Below, one piece after another: positions 58,901 through 64,000 of a stretch of 64,000 bases of DNA (within the stretch, counting starts at the first letter, position 1; every line of letters begins with the position of its first letter). Location: contig NIVC01001925.1 of assembly GCA_002269645.1 (NCBI GenBank), forward strand, positions 157,225 to 221,224, in the 5' to 3' direction. The position numbers and the translations under genes were made by a program. This stretch comes from Macrostomum lignano. Taxonomy: Eukaryota. The notes beneath the pieces were generated by a model that saw only the letters and a list, made by a program, of their open reading frames with translations, was not told where the DNA came from and did not search any database.

Positions 58901-61900
58901 CTCCAAAGCACTTCTAGGCGATAATCTGAGCCAGGAATCTCCGAGAGCCTCTCGTTACACATCCAGATGTTCTGCCTTGATGCTGGACTAGCTCACTTTC
59001 TAGGAATCTGTTCTGATTGCATTCTAACAAACTGAAGCATTCTCGGCACTAAACTTTCTCGGCGGCTCTGAGAGCCAGAGCCTCAAACAGACAGAGAAAT
59101 CTGTTCGAGTTGTGTCTGTAGGTTAGGTGGACCAGCTATTCTACAGCACTTCTAGGCGATAATCTGAGCCAGGAATCTCCAAGAGCCTCTCGTTACACAT
59201 CCATGTTCTACCTTAATGCTGGACTAGCTCACTTTCTAGGAATCTGTTCTGATTGCATTCTAACAAACTGAAGCATTCTCGGCACTAAACTTTCTCGGCG
59301 GCTCTGAGAGCCAGAGCCTCAAACAGACAGAGAAATCTGTTCGAGTTGTGTCTGTAGGTTAGGTGGACCAGCTACTCCAAAGCACTTCTAGGCGATAATC
59401 TGAGCCAGGAATCTCCGAGAGCCTCTCGTTACACATACAGATGTTCTGCCTTGATGCTGGACTAGCTCACTTTCTAGGAATATGTTCTGATTGCATTCTA
59501 ACAAACTGAAGCATTCTCGGCACTAAACTTTCTCGGCGGCTCTGACATCCAGAGCCTCAAACAGACAGAAATCTGTTCGAGTTGTGTCTGTAGGTTAGGT
59601 GGACCAGCTACTCCAAAGCACTTCTAGGCGATAATCTAAGCCATGAATCTCCGAGAGCCTCTCGTTACACATCCAGATGTTTTGCCTTGATGCTGGACTA
59701 GCTCACTTTCTAGGAATCTGTTCTGATTGCATTCTAACAAACTGAAGCATTCTCGGCACTAAACTTTCTCGGCGGCTCTGAGAGCCAGAGCCTCAAACAG
59801 ACAGAAATCTGTTCGAGTTGTGTCTGTAGGTTAGGTGGACCAGCTACTCCAAAGCACTTCTAGGCGATAATCTGAGCCAGGAATCTCCGAGAGCCTCTCG
59901 TTACACATCCATGTTCTACCTTGATGCTGGACTAGCTCACTTTCTAGGAATCTGTTCTGATTGCATTCTAACAAACTGAAGCATTCTCGCACTAAACTTT
60001 CTCGGCGGCTCTGAGAGCCAGAGCCTCAAACAGACAGAGAAATCTGTTCGAGTTGTGTCTGTAGTTAGGTGGACCAGCTATTCTACAGCACTTCTAGGCG
60101 ATAATCTGAGCCAGGAATCTCCAAGAGCCTCTCGTTACACATCCATGTTCTACCTTAATGCTGGACTAGCTCACTTTCTAGGAATCTGTTCTGATTGCAT
60201 TCTAACAAACTGAAGCATTCTCGCACTAAACTTTCTCGGCGGCTCTGAGAGCCAGAGCCTCAAACAGACAGAGAAATCTGTTCGAGTTGTGTCTGTAGGT
60301 TAGGTGGACCAGCTACTCCAAAGCACTTCTAGGCGATAATCTGAGCCAGGAATCTCCGAGAGCCTCTCGTTACACATCCAGATGTTCTGCCTTGATGCTG
60401 GACTAGCTCACTTTCTAGGAATCTGTTCTGATTGCATTCTAACAAACTGAAGCATTCTCGGCACTAAACTTTCTCGGCGGCTCTGAGATCCAGAGCCTCA
60501 AACAGACAGAAATCTGTTCGAGTTGTGTCTGTAGGTTAGGTGGACCAGCTACTCCAAAGCACTTCTAGCGATAATCTGAGCCAGGAATCTCCGAGAGCCT
60601 CTCGTTACACATCCATGTTCTACCTTGATGCTGGACTAGCTCACTTTCTAGGAATCTGTTCTGATTGCATTCTAACAAACTGAAGCATTCTCGGCACTAA
60701 ACTTTCTCGGCGGCTCTCAGAGCCAGAGCCTCAAACAGACAGAGAAATCTGTTCGAGTTGTGTCTGTAGGTTAGGTACCAGCTATTCTACAGCACTTCTA
60801 GGCGATAATCTGAGCCAGGAATCTCCAAGAGCCTCTCGTTACACATCATGTTCTACCTTAATGCTGGACTAGCTCACTTTCTAGGAATCTGTTCTGATTG
60901 CATTCTAACAAACTGAAGCATTCTCGGCACTAAACTTTCTCGGCGGCTCTGAGAGCCAGAGCCTCAAACAGACAGAGAAATTTGTTCGAGTTGTGTCTGT
61001 AGGTTAGGTGGACCAGCTACTCCAAAGCACTTCTAGGCGATAATCTAAGCCATGAATCTCCGAGAGCTCTCGTTACACATCCAGATGTTTGCCTTGATGC
61101 TGGACTAGCTCACTTTCTAGGAATCTGTTCTGACTGCATTCTAACAAACTGAAGCATTCTCGGCACTAAACTTTCTCGGCGGCTCTGAGAGCCAGAGCCT
61201 CAAACAGACAGAGAAATCTGTTCGAGTTGTGTCTGTAGGTTAGGTGGACCAGCTACTCCAAAGCACTTCTAGGCGATAATCTGAGCCAGGAATCTCCGAG
61301 AGCCTCTCGTTACACATCCAGATGTTCTGCCTTTGATGCTGGACTAGCTCACTTTCTAGGAATCTGTTCTGATTGCATTCTAACAAACTGAAGCATTCTC
61401 GGCACTAAACTTTCTCGGCGGCTCTGAGAGCCAGAGCCTCAAACAGACAGAAATCTGTTCGAGTTGTGTCTGTAGGTTAGAGTGGACCAGCTACTCCAAA
61501 GCACTTCTAGGCGATAATCTGAGCCAGGAATCTCCGAGAGCCTCTCGTTACACATCCAGATGTTCTGCCTTGATGCTGGACTAGCTCACTTTCTAGGAAT
61601 ATGTTCTGATTGCATTCTAACAAACTGAAGCATTCTCGGCACTAAACTTTCTCGGCGGCCCTGAGAGCCAGAGCCTCAAACAGACAGAGAAATCTGTTCG
61701 AGTTGTGTCTGTAGGTTAGGTGGACCAGCTACTCCACAGCACTTCTAGGCGATAATCTGAGCCAGGAATCTCCGAGAGCCTCTCGTTACACATCCAGATG
61801 TTCTGCCTTGATGCTGGACTAGCTCACTTTCTAGGAATCTGTTCTGATTGCATTCTAACAAACTGAAGCATTCTCGGCACTAAACTTTCTCGGCGGCTCT

Positions 61901-64000
61901 GAGAGCCAGAGCCTCAAACAGACAGAGAAATCTGTTCGAGTTGTGTCTGTAGGTTAGGTGGACCAGCTACTCCAGCACTTCTAGGCGATAATCTGAGCCA
62001 GGAATCTCCGAGAGCCTCTCGTTACACATCCAGATGTTCTGCCTTGATGCTGGACTAGCTCACTTTCTAGGAATCTGTTCTGATTGCATTCTAACAAACT
62101 GAAGCATTCTCGGCACTAAACTTTCTCGGCGGCTCTGAGAGCCAGAGCCTCAAACAGACAGAGAAATCTGTTCGAGTTGTGTCTGTAGGTTAGGTGGACC
62201 AGCTACTCCAAAGCACTTCTAGGCGATAATCTGAGCCAGGAATCTCCGAGAGCCTCTCGTTACACATCCAGATGTTCTGCCTTGATGCTGGACTAGCTCA
62301 CTTTCTAGGAATCTGTTCTGATTGCATTCTAACAAACTGAAGCATTCTCGGCACTAAACTTTCTCGGCGGCTCTGAGAGCCAGAGCCTCAAACAGACAGA
62401 GAAATCTGTTCGAGTTGTGTCTGTAGGTTAGGTGGACCAGCTACTCAAGCACTTCTAGGCGATAATCTGAGCCAGGAATCTCCGAGAGCCTCTCGTTACA
62501 CATCCAGATGTTCTGCCTTGATGCTGGACTAGCTCACTTTCTAGGAATCTGTTCTGATTGCATTCTAACAAACTGAAGCATTCTCGGCACTAAACTTTCT
62601 CGGCGGCTCTGAGAGCCAGAGCCTCAAACAGACAGAGAAATCTGTTCGAGTTGTGTCTGTAGGTTAGGTGGACCAGCTACTCAAGCACTTCTAGGCGATA
62701 ATCTGAGCCAGGAATCTCCGAGAGCCTCTCGTTACACATCCAGATGTTCTGCCTTGATGCTGGACTAGCTCACTTTCTAGGAATCTGTTCTGATTGCATT
62801 CTAACAAACTGAAGCATTCTCGGCACTAAACTTTCTCGGCGGCTCTGAGAGCCAGAGCCTCAAACAGACAGAGAAATCTGTTCGAGTTGTGTCTGTAGGT
62901 TAGGTGGACCAGCTACTCTACAGCACTTCTAGGCGATAATCTGAGCCAGGAATCTCCGAGAGCCTCTCGTTACACATCCAGATGTTCTGCCTTGATGCTG
63001 GACTAGCTCACTTTCTAGGAATCTGTTCTGATTGCATTCTAACAAACTGAAGCATTCTCGGCACTAAACTTTCTCGGCGGCTCTGAGAGCCAGAGCCTCA
63101 ACAGACAGAGAAATCTGTTCGAGTTGTGTCTGTAGGTTAGGTGACCAGCTACTACAGCACTTCTAGGCGATAATCTGAGCCAGGAATCTCCGAGAGCCTC
63201 TCGTTACACATCCAGATGTTCTGCCTTGATGCTGGACTAGCTCACTTTCTAGGAATCTGTTCTGATTGCATTCTAACAAACTGAAGCATTCTCGGCACTA
63301 AACTTTCTCGGCGGCTCTGAGAGCCAGAGCCTCAAACAGACAGAGAAATCTGTTCGAGTTGTGTCTGTAGGTTAGGTGGACCAGCTACTCCAAGCACTTC
63401 TAGGCGATAATCTGAGCCAGGAATCTCGAGAGCCTCTCGTTACACATCCAGATGTTCTGCCTTGATGCTGGACTAGCTCACTTTCTAGGAATCTGTTCTG
63501 ATTGCATTCTAACAAACTGAAGCATTCTCGGCACTAAACTTTCTCGGCGGCTCTGAGAGCCAGAGCCTCAAACAGACAGAGAAATCTGTTCGAGTTGTGT
63601 CTGTAGGTTAGGTGGACCAGCTACTCCAAAGCACTTCTAGGCGATAATCTGAGCCAGGAATCTCCGAGAGCCTCTCGTTACACATCCATGTTCTGCCTTG
63701 ATGCTGGACTAGCTCACTTTCTAGGAATCTGTTCTGATTGCATTCTAACAAACTGAAGCATTCTCGGCACTAAACTTTCTCGGCGGCTCTGAGAGCCAGA
63801 GCCTCAAACAGACAGAGAAATCTGTTCGAGTTGTGTCTGTAGGTTAGGTGGACCAGCTACTCCAAGCACTTCTAGGCGATAATCTGAGCCAGGAATCTCC
63901 GAGAGCCTCTCGTTACACACAGATGTTCTGCCTTGATGCTGGACTAGCTCACTTTCTAGGAATCTGTTCTGATTGCATTCTAACAAACTGAAGCATTCTC
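55983..64000. repeat. 238-bp satellite DNA, about 34 highly similar copies, truncated by the window end
   Basis: CCAGAGCC anchor at 55985, 56223, 56461, 56699 (period 238); no recognisable RNA gene or conserved ORF. Confidence 0.98.

Noticed and set aside
55983-64000. CRISPR array, or tandem 5S/snRNA/SL/histone gene cluster
   Set aside because: Eukaryotic context, no unique spacers, no cas genes. No recognisable 5S, U-snRNA, Sm-site/SL or histone sequence; only an isolated B-box-like GTTCGAGT with no upstream A-box.
55983-64000. Satellite-encoded hammerhead ribozyme (as in schistosome and newt satellites)
   Set aside because: No CTGANGA core found on either strand of the unit by eye; an Infernal/RNAMotif search would be the definitive test.
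59900-64000. Scattered 1-bp indels in satellite units as biological divergence
   Set aside because: Sporadic, non-recurrent homopolymer-type indels look like long-read consensus errors in low-coverage repeat sequence.

Overview
Eukaryotic (animal) genomic DNA with GC-rich exons and introns packed with private minisatellites. The style suggests a free-living flatworm such as Macrostomum, but this is inference and was not verified. Six protein-coding genes can be reconstructed by hand: PPP2R3C (minus, 3 exons, 452 aa), an intronless coiled-coil/FN3/SH3 RIM-binding-protein-like gene (plus, 1119 aa), CHCHD1/mS37 (minus, single ORF), POLR3C/RPC62 (minus, 5 exons, 599 aa), a 22-exon LOXHD1-like gene with 17 PLAT repeats (plus, about 2,700 aa) and a 4-EF-hand calmodulin-like gene (minus). 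Mobile DNA includes a very young Ty3/Gypsy LTR element in a LOXHD1 intron (LTRs differ at one base, one gag-PR/RT frameshift), a full-length tRNA-derived SINE with a 10-bp TSD in intron 1 of the Pol III subunit gene POLR3C plus four diverged relatives sharing core blocks, an internally deleted mariner with 184-bp inverted repeats, and a hAT-like remnant. The last 16 kb are mostly tandem repeats: a 3.9-kb 12-bp array and a 238-bp satellite (about 34 copies, running off the window) preceded by shorter about 66-bp precursor units. Best leads: the Pol III SINE inside POLR3C, the expanded LOXHD1 architecture with a charge-block insertion, the minimal intronless RIMBP-like gene, intronic arrays built from splice-site or E-box motifs, and inverted microsatellites flanking the calmodulin-like start exon. 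No database searches were run; homologies are from recognition of sequence motifs.
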